Shown piece after piece: positions 13,253 to 26,846 of a stretch of 64,000 nt of DNA (position 1 is the first letter of the stretch; every line of letters begins with the position of its first letter). This DNA is from Paramecium tetraurelia (taxonomy: Eukaryota): assembly GCA_000165425.1 (NCBI GenBank), contig CT868352.1, positions 310,001 through 374,000 on the forward strand, written 5' to 3'. The position numbers and the translations under genes were made by a program. The notes below the pieces were generated by a model. The model was not told the origin of the DNA. It ran no database searches and saw only the letters and a list, made by a program, of their open reading frames with translations.

Positions 13253-14332
13253 ATGATATTTGATCTCTAACCACCATCTCCTTCATTGTCTCCAAATTCT
13301 AAAACGAGATTTTATTAGGAACAACTCGATAAGGCCCATGAGATTATTGATCAATTGGAAGTTCTGCTTTAGGAAAAAGAGCATCAAAAAAAAGTTCATT
13401 CAACAACTTACAAAAATATAGAAATTCCTCCTCTCAAATTGAATACAAAATTATCTGTTCTCAATGGTGAAAGATCAAGAAGTTATGTCACAACTCCCTT
13501 GCAATATTCTACACCCAGAGATAGAAGGACCAGATTATCATTGGGAGGTTAAACCTCTGCAAGATTTGTGGAGGAAATGAAGAATAGACATTCAGAACTT
13601 GTTTTACAATTTAAGGAAGACAACAATTAGAGAGAATGTAAAAATAAAGAATTAAATGATCAAATACAAGAATTAAAATCAGAATTGATATTTTGCTAAG
13701 AAAAACAATCTATAACAAAAAAGGAAAAGAAATAAACAGAACAGAAATTAGAAGTTTTGGAAAGCCAGATCTAAAGTATTCAGATGTAATTGTTGTTATC
13801 AAAAGAAAAAGGGAACCATTTATAATAAAAGATAAAGGAAATTAAAAAGGTAGATGATATTTAAGAGGCAGAACTAGAATTAGAAGAAGAAATTAATATT
13901 AAAGTACAATAGCAGAATCAGGACTCAAAACTAGAATCAGAAAAAAAATTATAAGAATAAGCTCTTATTTCTTAAATATCATAAAAACAATAAGATAAGA
14001 GCAGTCACAAAAAATTATTAGGTTCCTTATAAAAAGAGATTCAGTTACTAGAAAATAGGAAACAAGAACTTTAGAATCAGACAACAGTCTCCCAATTTGA
14101 AGAAAAGTAAATTGAAGCCAAAGAAGATTATTTTATCGATCAATAACATTTAATTGTAAATATTATTAATAATATTTAGGTTTAGGTTCCTTAAAATTAA
14201 AATGTTGTTTTGCCTTCAGAATCTGGAGATTAGGTGAATACATTTATAGAAGAAGATATCCATTCTATCAAGTCCTCTAAAAACAAGGAATATAGGTAAA
14301 GGAGAAGTTGTGAATCATGCTAAATCTTCTGA
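13253..14332 (+). CDS. Coiled-coil protein ending in a CaaX motif (CQIF)
   Basis: ATG ATA TTT GAT (13253), E/K/Q-rich, ends ..SCESCQIF-TGA. Confidence 0.7.
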
Positions 14333-14359
14333 TTAAATTATATAGTTTTAATTAATTTT

Positions 14360-15748
14360 ATGATTATTGACAACGAAAAATAATAGATACGAGAACTGTT
14401 CGCAAACGATTAGAAGTATGTCTAAAATGAAAAGAAGATTCAAAATGATTTTATCATCTAAATGCAAGTTGCAAAATATGATTCTAAAAACAGGGATGAT
14501 CCATTATTAATACATGCAGGTCTAAATTGAGAATTATAAACTTAGGTGTCACTGAATAAAAGCAATCTGTTTTTATCATATAAGGAAAATTGCAGAACGA
14601 TAATAATGTAAAATCAATCACTTACTTTATGATCTCTTAATTGTAGAATCAAAAAAATTAGTAACTATTCCATAATATTACTTAGAGAATTTTTTATCAT
14701 CTACATAAACACAGAATTGAAAACATATTTGCATCTATCAAAATTTTACTAAATCTTTAAAGAATTTCCTTGTATTTATTTTGAAAATCTGTAAAAAATA
14801 TTCATATTGCATGGGAATATTTTCATAAAATCATGGTTTTGGTTTCAAAGCAGTGTTTAAATAAAAGTATTGAAATCGAAAACCATCTATCTGGAAAAGT
14901 ATCTTAATCATAAAATAATAGAGTTGCATAATTGCTGAATTATCAATTTTTTAAAAAATAACAATTTGAGAAAATGCCTTCATATTGTAAGGATGCTTCC
15001 TATCAATAACTTTAATAAGCATTTATTGGAAATCAAAATTCAGTAATTTGTTTCCAATAATGCCAAAACTAACTTTACGATCTTGAATTGGATTAGTATG
15101 AGTTTACAAACAAAGGAATACCAATCATTCTTGATCTATGCATTACGAGATTATTGTAGGATCCTCAAAACCTTCAATTAGAGGGAATATTCAGGTTATG
15201 TTCTGCCCAAACTTAAGACAAATAATTTGAAAATTATTTAATCCAGAAACAGTATTCAGAAATACTAGATTTCGAGAACGTCCTAGTTATAGCGAATTTT
15301 ATTAAGAGAGTTTTGGATAAATTAAAGTACTCAGTTGTTCCTTATTAATATTATAATTAAATATCTACTATGAAGCAATATTCTATTGAAGAAACTTAGG
15401 TATTGATTTAGCAATTTCCAAATTTGAATAGGAACTTATTTACTTTAATTATACTGTTTCTATAAGCAGTGGCTTAATATTCTCAAGTTAATAAGATGGG
15501 TCCAAGCAATTTGGCCATTGTATTTGGTATAAGTTTGTGTAGACCATAAGAATACGATTAATCAAATGTTTAAGAATAATATTTGAAGTATTATTCAATA
15601 AAGTATATTTAGAATTAAAATGGTAAATTAATTTATTTAATTCATTATTGAAAATGCATCCTAAATATTTCCAAACTAGAAAATCAGTGATTTTTTGCTT
15701 GAAACTGAGAATGAGCAAATTGAGTAAGATGAAATATAACAATAATGA
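14360..15748 (+). CDS. BCH/CRAL-TRIO-like domain plus RhoGAP domain protein (p50RhoGAP-like architecture)
   Basis: Continuous frame after removing four short introns. ENLQKIFILHGNIFIK (BCH-like), GIPIILDLCI..LEGIFRL (arginine finger), NKMGPSNLAIVFG. Confidence 0.85.
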
Positions 15749-15858
15749 TACAATTATGGCATATCATGTATTTCACTCAATTAGATGTGTTATTAATACA
15801 TAAATATAGTTTATAATAAATTATTTTAAAATATAATAATTGTAAAATTTCATATAAA

Positions 15859-16200
15859 ATGAAATACGGGATATTTTTGTTACTTCTATTCAGAGTTAAT
15901 TGCGAAAGCATAATAACCTCGATCAAAAATTATACGAATGGAATAATATAATCTTAAGTGACATAATAAAATTTAATGGAATTAGCCCCTCTATTTTTGC
16001 CTTTGGGAATCATATTTATCATTTTATTTTAGTTGATAAAATATTGTTTCAGAAGACAAATATTGTATGACTAATTACCTTAAAGTGAACAATAGGCGAG
16101 CAAAAATCGCAGCAAGAAAATAAAAATTCCTATAACACATAAATTACAATTGATTTTAATGAGATACTATTGCTAATTGATGAGGTTATTGACTATGTGA
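15859..16200 (+). CDS. Possible small membrane protein (signal peptide plus one TM helix)
   Basis: MKYGIFLLLLFRVNC.. then LAPLFLPLGIIFIILFLV. The 3' exon structure is ambiguous. Confidence 0.35.
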
Positions 16201-16238
16201 TTAAAAAGTTTAATTATTAATTATATGTAATTATAAAT

Positions 16239-18384
16239 TCAAATTTAAAATAATCCCCCAGCCTATTAGTTGTATGCATAATCTTCTAAATCATCTAGTT
16301 CTTCACTTTAAGCATCTTGATTAAATGAATCATTTTCAAAAGACATTTAATCTTCAAATTTATATTTTTAGTATTGTTGTTACTAGAATCAAAATAAGCA
16401 ATACTTTTTATTAATTATGCTTTAATAGATTTGAAATAGAGTTAGAACTATTTAATTCAAAAGTCAAAGCACTGCACCATGAATCCAAATTATCTTGAAC
16501 CAATTGATCGTAACTTCTAAATTGGATTTAATTATTAAATTACTTTAAATTCACCCAAACTTATTAGCTTAATGAGTATTTTTCGATGGATTGGTTATTG
16601 CCTCCACAAGCAAACAGATTATTATCAAAAATAACCAATTTGTTCCTCAAATCTCTTCCTTCATTCATTCTGCTCAAAGTCTTAACTACTTATTCATTAA
16701 CATCATAAACTTGTAAATCATAAGAAAATCCTTGATTTGATCTAAAAATGAATTATATTTGTAATGTTTACCCTCCTCCTAAAATAAGAATCTTATTATC
16801 GTCATATGAGATAGCAGCAGCATTACTAAATCCTTGTTTAAATTTAACATCTAAAACTTTCCACTGATTTTCTTTTACTGAATATCTTTCAATTGTGTTC
16901 AATCTCTCTCTTCCATCAAAACCTCCAAATACATATATATATTTATTAATAGCTGCTGCTGCTGCAAAGGCACACTTTTGTTTTTATAAAGGATCAATTA
17001 TTTTCCATTCATCTGAAGCCAAACTATACTTTTCACAACAGGATAACATTTGCTTAGCAGATCCATCATATCTACAAATGTTTAATTAATAAGAATACCC
17101 TCCTATAGCATATACAAAACCATCAAGATACACACAAGCATGCTCTTTTCTTGGAAAGTACATACTTTTTAATGCTTATGATTGAAAGCCTTTAGATGGA
17201 GATATTAACATTGTATTTCTACTGACTCCACCTCCTGTTATGATGATATCACCACTTGGCAGACTGACAGCTGCCGCATAATAATTATATTCTAATGTAT
17301 TCTATTTTATATGTTTATTATACATTTGGCATTTGTTTAAAAGTCCATTCATTATTTTCAATATTGTAAATTAATATTTTGTGTTTATCTCCGAAGAAAC
17401 ATATTTATGGATTGGAGACATCTTTTTTGAATTATCCAAACTTTGAGATTTCATTAATTAATTTTTAATCAAAAACCAATTTTGGCAACTTCTTAATCTC
17501 ACTAATCTTCAATTACTTTTGTTAAGCAACATCTCTATCTACTTACTCTTCTAGATCATCGATTTCTTTTATGAGATCATTACTTTTTAGAGCTTTAACT
17601 CCCTCTAGTGACTTAATTTATTAAATATACTTAGTTCTCCTTATTTTTAATCTAATTTTGTTGTTAAACTTGCCATATTTGTCAGTAAAGATTAATTAAA
17701 TGCTAGTTCTTAATCTATCTATTCACATTCAGTATTAAATATTTTGAGTTGTTAATCTCTCAATTCTTGTTTTCTTTGTTCGACCTTCTTTATTAATCGA
17801 TCAAATTGTTCTTCTAATTATTGCATCTAAATATTTGATGAATTCAATACCAATTTCACGTTTTCCAATTGCAATTGTTCTTTGCAATTATCAAACCCTT
17901 TTACCTGCTTTTCCAAAATCTCATATTGGGTTTTTAATTTCGATTAGATCTTTCCTAATCGATTTTATTATAAAGAAACTAATCATTATATTACTTTGAT
18001 ACCCGAATGCTCATATTTGAAAAACTTATGACCATAATGTTCTGCAATACATTCAGTGCACATATTCGTTTAATCATCCTCACAAAAAAATTATAAAGGA
18101 AGTTTTGTATGAATTGGACATAATTCGAATTTTTTTCTAATTATTATGCTATTAATTTACTATACTTCCAAATGCTTGGAAGCCAAATCCATAGCCACAT
18201 AATTTTTGCTCAATAAATGTGGTTTTACATGCGGTTCATGCTTTGTTCTGCAAAGAGGACATTCTATTCTCTTATTTACATTATAGATTGATTCAAGACA
18301 TATGGAACAGTAAGTATGACCACAAAGTAGATTTCTTGCCACTCTATTTTGGGCGTACAATTCCCAACACATTGGACATTCCAT
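16239..18384 (-). CDS. RING + B-box + coiled-coil + Kelch-repeat protein (TRIM-like E3 ligase)
   Basis: CPMC..CGHTYCSIC..CPLC RING. CPIH..FFCEDD..MCTECI..HYGH B-box. Kelch blades IIITGG, VYAIGG, IYVFGGFDG, ILILGG. Acidic tail to TGA at 16239. Confidence 0.9.
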
Positions 18385-19021
18385 TATTTTATTTAAATTA
18401 TTTATATTCCTCTAATTGTTTGATATATTAAAATTCTTGTTTAATAACACATACGTTCAAATTTCATAAAATTATTTAATATAACATCTAAAAGATAGAT
18501 GATATATATATATTTCTACATTATTTATTAATATATCTAATCTTTATGAAATATAATATTAAATGAAAATAGAGATAAACTTAGTAGTTGAATAACGAAT
18601 GCTATTCAAAACCTAGTTTATTTTATTAATAAGGCTAGAATAATTGCCTATCAAAAACTGTTATATTTCTTTTTTAAATAAGACAGATCATTACACAATA
18701 ATAATAATAAATATATATCCTACAAGTATGTAATATCACTTAAATGAAAAAATATAAACAATTTTTATACTTAATATATTAACAGAAAATATTAGAATGA
18801 TAATTACTTCTATAGAAGAAACATTAATTTTTAGAAAATTCCTTTAATAATCTCAAATTATAGGTGATAAATAAAAGATTTTCCCTAAATAATTTAATTT
18901 CTAATATGAAAACTTTTATTCCAATCCTAACACGTTATAATTTGATTAACTAACAATTACAATGATGATATAAAACAATCAACTTAAATGGATTCATCCA
19001 AATTATGCAGATGGATTTGAT

Positions 19022-20074
19022 TCATTTTATTTTTTTTTCTTCATCATCTTCTTGAATAGGCTGTTCGCTATCATCCTCTTTTTAATTCATTTCTTTTTGT
19101 AGTTCAGAAAGCACTAAAGATGACCTGAATTATTAAGGACTACCTTAGAGTGTTAATCTAAAATTTATTATATCATATACTTTGCTGGTGGTGTTTCAAC
19201 TGATTAGAGTTCTCTTGCATCCACACTGGGTTCTAATTAATCTTGATAATTTGATATTTTCTTGAAATCGGGTCTCTCTGTAAAGAAATTCAAAAGTATG
19301 CATTTTTCAAATCTTTCAATAGTCTAAAAATAAATAAAGATATTACAGAATGGTTAATTTAAGTGAAATGATTCTAGAATAAAAAGAATAAAATTCCTAA
19401 GAAGCCTGTTGAAATGAATGTCAATGATTATTGAATAAGTGTAAAAAAGATAACTAAAACAATAGGATAGTATTGATTTTTCAATTACATTGGAAATATT
19501 AAAAATAAACTTTATCCATTTGGAGCAGTCAAACATCTAAAATGATTTAAAAATAAGCGTACTCTTAGATGACACAGAAAATATAATAATTCCATAATCC
19601 ATATGCTTTAATTGAATAAAATGGAGAGTAAATAAATGATAATATCCATTAAAGTAAAACACATATAAACTAAATGAATACAAGCAATATTTACTTGAGT
19701 GAGACATCCTAATACCACTATTAAAATGATGAAAAGAGCAGAGGAATGCTTTTATTCTAACTCTTCTAATTTTTTATACACGCAAATAATGGCAAGCATT
19801 AAATCAATGGTATAATCTATCATATTCCTAAAATAGATTTACAGTGAACAAATTGTGAAAAGAATAGTCTCTAAATTTAAAATGGTATTGTTTGCTCTGG
19901 AGAATTGCTGAATAAATCAAAGGCATAATCGCTCAATAAATCAATAAAACCAAATAACCAGGAAATTCCAATTACCAGTTTGGTACCAAATAAAAGTGAT
20001 TGCCACCAGACTCTAAGAAATTATTCAAAATTGGCTTTTGCTAATCTATTAATGTCTTATTATTCTGAATTCAT
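19022..20074 (-). CDS. Rhomboid-superfamily/derlin-like multi-TM protein, probably proteolytically inactive
   Basis: QIQRLFFSQFVH resembles the rhomboid WR-loop motif. Several hydrophobic segments, LKNQYYP. No GxSG catalytic motif seen. Confidence 0.55.
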
Positions 20075-20412
20075 ATACTTATAAAAATAATAATGAAGTA
20101 TGATGTTAAAAGTAAGTTGATAACAAAAATGTATATCTAAATCACTTTTCAAATCGAATCACAATATTTCATAACAATCTCGGAATGAATTAAAATATTG
20201 GTTTTATGGTCTAGTATTATATTTATATATGTCTAAGTGTGTTAAAATACAAAAATTTTCAAATATTTTTTCTGAATTTTTGTATTCGATTCTTCAGGTC
20301 AAGGATCTAGAATGGTAATTTAATAAATTTGGTGGAATTGGTTGGGGTTGATTTGCTTTATTTGTGAGTTGTTAATGTTTTAACTTTTGTCAAGCATATT
20401 AAAAATTTATTT

Positions 20413-22147
20413 ATGCTATCTAGATTGTGTGCATAGAAATTTACTACTTAAATCCATGGAGTTCCGATTAAATGTAATAGTTTGATCAAAATGATATAGT
20501 GTTGGAAGCAATGAAATTTGACATACCAAAAGTGTCAGAGGAACGATACAAAAATATAAGAACTCTTACATGTTATCTATAGGATCGATTGCATGACAGT
20601 TAATTGATGGACTTCGTGAGGGATGTCTAGTTGATAAAGGAGAAGGTATTGATGTGTCTTAATGTTTGTTTAGGAGTATACTAACACTTTACAATTGAAA
20701 TCTAGTATTTTCAGACTTTTTAATTAGTGTATGATATTATTGTTATTGCAGACCAAGTTCTAGATCTCGTACCATTGGCCTTGAGAATCGATCTGTAAGA
20801 ATTGCAGCCGGAGCATTTTTATGATGATTTTGACAGAATAGAAACAGAGATAAAAAGTGAATATACTTGTTTTGTTCAGAATCGAGCAAGTCTATTTTAG
20901 CCATAGAATAAAAGTCTAACTGATTTCATTTAATATAAACGTAAACATCATAAATTGAAAATTGAACAAGACGAGAAAGCTCCTGCTTTTTCGTAAATAA
21001 TTGATGATAGTTTGATTAACACTTTATTACCAAGATAGGAGGAGACCGAGTCATACAATACAAGTAGTACAGATGTCGTTAGGAATCAATTGGTATTAGC
21101 CAGGAATTCTAGACTGATGAACAAACATATAAAATAGAAGGATGAGAGTGAACTCAGAACCCCATTACAATTGAAATAGATCGACAGTGATGGGGAAATC
21201 AAGGAAACCAACGAGGTCTGCTTATACAACTTACCCTACATATTGGAAGAGAAATTTAAAGAGGATTGCAGAGAGTACTTTGAGTCAAGATTCGGTGAGA
21301 TAGAGTCCATTGAATACTTCGAGTATTGCAATTTCAAGAAGCAAATTGATTAGATAGCAACAAACAAGACTGATGAGAACAAGGACTTCTATAAGAGTTT
21401 GGATTAATTGAGTTCAACAAAGAAATTATTGGATAGAGTAAAAGTGAATAAGAATAAGAAATTGTATAAATCTTATGCTGTGATCAACTTCAAAAACAAG
21501 GAATCTAAGTAGAATGCTCTGTATCAGGACTTGAGGATATTTGGCATAAAATTCAAGGACTTACAACTAAGGATTGATGATGCTGATCACAAGAAACTAC
21601 TCTACATCAACAATTTATCAAAGTTTTCAAATGTGAAATATTTGGTTGAGTACTTGAACATGCATTTAGGCATCCAATTTGAGCCTCTTGATGAAAGAAT
21701 ACAATTGTAGAATAATATAGTATGTTTGATTTTGAAGGACTTTGAAGAAACGAAGGAGGCGTTTAATAAGTTGAACAATTTGACATTTTCAGTAAAGTTA
21801 TTTAATATTTGTAGAGATTCAAAATGAACGCATTTCATTATCCTGATGGTTTGAAGTATGTGGGTAGTAGGATTGCTGAACACTTTAATAGTAATATAGC
21901 CCTTTTGCTTTTGGAGCAGAATCTGTAAAAGTTGAGATTCGAGATGGATCAATATTGGAAGGAAGTGCAATTCGAGAAGTAAGATCGAGAGATAGTTACT
22001 AAAGAGCCTCATTAACCTGTCAGATAGGAGATTCATTCGACTGATATGCAATAATGCATAATGGAAATGATTGAAGAGTCTTATCAAGAGGAGGAATTTC
22101 AATTAGAGCTCTTTGGTTTGGTTTGGGATGAAGAAGCTCAATACTGA
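20413..22147 (+). CDS. RRM-containing protein with putative mitochondrial presequence
   Basis: MLSRLCAQKFTT start. RNP2-like VCLYNLP and LYINNL, RNP1-like KSYAVINF. Frame continuous after short introns, TGA at 22145-22147. Confidence 0.65.
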
Positions 22148-22218
22148 TTATAAATATTAGCAAGAATTTTTTGTTTATAAATTTATTTAATTAAATTATA
22201 TAAAAATGTATTATAAAA

Positions 22219-25200
22219 ATGGCAGATTTCGAATTTCCAACATCTTTGGGAGATTACAAAGGAGAAGATCAAACGAAGAATAAGACAGCAGCATAAATTT
22301 ACAAGTATTTGACAACTGTGAGTACAAATCTAATTGACGAGCCAGAAAAATTGAATGAGTGTACAACATGGTTGGACTTTGTGTACTTTTCAATTAAGAA
22401 TGGAAACACTACTTAATAAATAAACAATGTTCTATCAGACATATTGAAGAATCAATTAGACAAGGCATATTTGGGAACTCTGAAATTGGGATCCGAGAGA
22501 ATAACAGTGTTTTTGGCCTGTTGTTATTTGTGTTGGCATAACTAGATTGAATAATAGGAACATATAAAAGTCTTAAAAAGTTTTGTAAAATACATAAAAA
22601 TAAGCAAATTAATACAGGAATGTTTTTCTATGGTGATGTCAGTGGCAACATCGAATTGTCAGAGTGTAATAGCACACCAAATAGTGGCATTTCTACTGAG
22701 TTAAAACAACGAACATTATTTCAACAATTTGGTTGTTGCATTTTCTGCATAGAACATCAATTGTGTACCACTATTGAGAAGATTAAATAGATAGAAATTA
22801 GAGAATGAAGATGAAGACACTTAGATTAGATTTTAGGAATTGCTACCGACATCCAACTCGACGTTTATTGAATGTGTAATATTGGAATATCTAACTACAA
22901 TCAAACCTCTATATGCGAAAACAAGTAGAGAAGTCTTACTTCAGTTGGTGAGATACTTACCAGACTTTTTTACCTAGAATAATATTCTGCACACATTGTT
23001 GAAATTATATGATAAGGAGTAATGGATGATTAGAAATACAGTGACAATGACCTTGGGGGAATTGCTACGTTAATCAGTATTTATGGAAGATGTCGAGGAG
23101 AAATTATTGTAATTGTTATTATTGAGAACTCATGATTCACATGTTCATGGAAGATCCTGTGTATTGTATGCATTAAAAGAGTTGATAAGTTCAAGATCAG
23201 TGAAATTGAATGCCGAGATATTGTACAAGGCAGTTGAGAGATTGAAGGATAAGAGTAGTTCAGCTAGAAGAGCAGCCATATCTTTGTTGGATTCAATCAT
23301 CAAGGCTTATTCAAAATAGTATGGCATTATGACATTCAAATCATCTCAGTTGGAGAAGAATAGGAAGTTGTTGGAGTTGGAGAAACAGAAACTCATTGAA
23401 GATTGTTAAAATCTGTAAGAATAATTGAATAAGAATTAGATCGATATCAAATATTATTTAGATAATTTGGAATCCCAATTGAATTCCTGTAGAGATCGAG
23501 AATAAAAGTTGAAGGCACAACAAGTATTCCAGAATTAGATATCTATTGCCATGCCTGATCTTATTAAGATTGCTCTCAGTAACATCCATACCGAAAGTAA
23601 GTGTGTTCTACAAGTGTTCACTACTCTTATGATCAATCATCAAGAAGGAATGATTGAATATGTTAAGTAAATCTTAGTGTTGGTTTATCAAGCAGAATTA
23701 CAGGAAGATCTAAATAAACTTATTTTCAATTCTTTTGTTAGAAATTACTCCAAGTTGATTAAGCTAGTAGAAATTTGTGACATGTTAGAAATCACTTGTT
23801 TGGAACAGTTGTTCAAATCATTTAAACAGAAGAATCTACAACTCAAAACTGCAGATGTGTGGGATAAAGCATGGGATTACCTAAAACAATAGAAATATAT
23901 ATTGCCTAATTTGAGATTGATTAGATTCATTGGAATTATGGATGATGCCTAATTATATGATAAGTTATGCTACTTGCTAAGACACTTGAAAGACACAAAA
24001 CAATTCAGTGAAATAACTGAAATTATACTCATTATTTAAGAAATACCTGTTGAAGATGTCCATCAAATTTATATTAAGGAAATCATCAAATCATTATAAA
24101 ATTACGATGGAAGTGATCTAGAGTGGTTCAGAGCATGTGACACTTTCATTAGATTCACAGTTGAAAAGATTCAGAAACCAGAAATCACTTTGCTAGAATT
24201 CTTGAATTCAATTCCAATTGCAAACATACCTCAATTGATGTTCGCAAGTAGTACTATCGGATTAAAACTATATGTGTATAGTGAGAAGATGATCAAACAG
24301 TATAGGAAAGAGAAGACTCAACCTTTAGATGAGTTGGATCAAATGGATAATAGTATACAAGAACATATGGATGGAAAGATCAAAGAATTGTAAGATCTCT
24401 TTGAGAAAATGGGAGATCTCAGTGAATACAGTTCTAGTGCTGAAGCCATTTGCAAGAATATGATAACTGATTCGTACAAAGAAAGAAATCTAATGATAGA
24501 CCAAATCAGTGTCATGTCGTTGTTGTAATTCATGATCATTTCTAAATCATGCACAGTCAGGAATATCAAAACCATCATGGAAATCTTAGATTGCTAACAA
24601 GTCTAATCCATTATTAAATGTAACATCATTACCATGCTTAGTGATATCTATTACAGGTACTCAGATCTAATTGACATCAATAAAGTCTTATAGAAGATGG
24701 ATGACAAGGTTCTTAAAGTCAGAAGGACTGCCATCATTATTGTATCTCATCTGATGTTGATGGAATTACTTAGAATTGATGCCTCTTAAATTGCCAAACA
24801 CATCAATGATTAGGATTAAACCATCAAAAAACATGCCAAAATCTTCTTCGTTGAATTATACAAAAAGGATAGTCAGAAATTTTATTAGGTTCTACCTGAT
24901 CTAATTACTTCAATGGCTCATAATTATCAAGTCTCAGAGGAAGATTTCAAAATATTTGCCAAAGAAATCATCCCTTTAGTCCAAAAAGACAAACTTTAAG
25001 AATAGATACTCGAGAAATTCTTAAACAGATTCGATATCTTTGATAGAGAGGCATCCCTTAAAAATAGAAGCATTATGCAAAGAGTCCAAGAAGCCAAAGA
25101 AGATATTATACCTTATAATCCTGTATAGCTAACTGCTGAAAGGGAATGTGTCTACTTGTCCTATTGTTTGCTTTATCTTAAATTTCATCTTGAGAACCTC

Positions 25201-25581
25201 AGATTACTTGTAACCAATTTCCCATAGTATAAAAAAGTACTCAAGAATCCAATCATATAGGAATAGTTTAAATAGATTTATCAAAAATGTAGAAAGGCAG
25301 CTTCATCCTGTAAAATGAATGCCAGAAAAACTGAGGCCATCCAATAATCACACGAATTCTCTTAGTTATTGACCATATTTAAAACAAACTTAGATTCAGT
25401 AGATCCTTAATTAGAAAAACTTCACTCAACATCACATAATCAACCATAACAAACTAATTAGTAATAAGTAACCAAACCCAAAAAGATTCAAACTCAATAT
25501 AGGCCTCCTAAAAAGAACACCAAATAATAGATAAGGATACCAGACTCCGATGATAGTAGTAGTATGGAATTAGAATATTGA
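22219..25581 (+). CDS. CAP-D2: Condensin I HEAT subunit CAP-D2/Cnd1/Ycs4 homolog, intronless (~1120 aa)
   Basis: RTHDSHVHGRS, AVERLKDKSSSARRAAI, Cnd1-like IKCNIITMLSD..KVRRTAIIIVSHL..AKIFFVEL..LPDLI. Span 3363 nt, and three track ORFs are all in this frame. Confidence 0.85.
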
Positions 25582-25797
25582 TTGATTTAATAATTATATA
25601 TTCACAGACAATTTTACACATTTAATTTAATCTATCCTTCTAATTGTATTTATATCTTATATTTCAAACTGAAAATAAATAAAATTAATCGTATCAATGC
25701 TAAGCTATAATATAATAATATTACGATTATTTAATATAAACTTTAAATATAAAATATTAAGATTGGATATAACTATTAAATAATTAAATTCATTAAA

Positions 25798-26764
25798 TCA
25801 AATCATCACACTGAATGCAGCCAAATAATCTAATAACAAAGTTGAATAGTTTTGTTAGAGTGTTTGAAGATCTAAAAATAAGATTTCTTATTCATCACTT
25901 TGACATTTAAACCATAATTCATTTTAAACCTGATGGTGAGATAGGATAAATTCAAAGGGGACTTTCTAATTAAAAACTCTGTGCTAGAATTATTGATTAC
26001 GATAGACATTCTATAATGTTGAGAATCCTTCCGTTTAGGAATATTCTGATGCTAATTTAATAGGTTGAGAAGGTTCAAACTTATCATTAATTTCTGTAAA
26101 TTTTAACATGTTTACTTCTTTCTCTTTTTATCTTTGCTCAAAGATGATCTCATTTAAATAATCCTTTTCTACCTTGTATTTACTTTTATAGGTGTTAATT
26201 TTAATTGGGTTCAGCTGTTATTGCCTTATGTGCATCATTCGATTGAAATCAAGAGTTTGTGATACTTTCTACACTTTGAACTTGTTTAGATCCTTGGACT
26301 CACTTTGTTTAATAGGTTTGAAACTGACACTTACTATTTGAACATCATCATCATCATCATTGATTTAGAAGGTCTCCTTTTTCTAAACAATTTCATCAGT
26401 ATCTAACTCGATGTTTATAATTTCGGCCTCTTTGATTTAGACTTGAGTGAATCTGTTTCTAATATGTACTCTTATGGGTTCCTCTGGTTTTTTAGGTTGT
26501 TTGGCTTTTTCTACTTTCTTCGCTATCAATTTGTAATAATTTTTATAGGCCAAATATCTTTCGAATCGACTATAGAAAATATAGATAAAGTAATGGTTAC
26601 CCAATTAAAAGCAAAGAGGCAGCACTGAAACTAGACATGGGTTCCCAAGTATGATGCTTTTTGTCGTATCCAAGCCATTTGACTGCATAATCGACCACAT
26701 TCCCTTTATCTAATCTCTTACCGAAGACATATTCTACTTCATAATGTTCTTCGTTATTGTCCAT
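25798..26764 (-). CDS. HP1-like chromodomain protein with C-terminal chromoshadow-like domain
   Basis: HYEVEYVFGKR..YAVKWLGYDKKHHTWEP. C-terminus LWFKC..LQQNYSTLLLDYL resembles a chromoshadow domain. Confidence 0.85.
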
Positions 26765-26846
26765 ATTTTAATAATTGAGTAAATATTTAGGATGGTGATG
26801 TTTATCAAATTTTAGCATACATAATAAATATCATTAAAAAAAAGTA

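Noticed and set aside
20330..20352. G-rich GGTTGGGGTTG resembling a telomeric repeat
   Set aside because: Only one TTGGGG unit and no tandem array.
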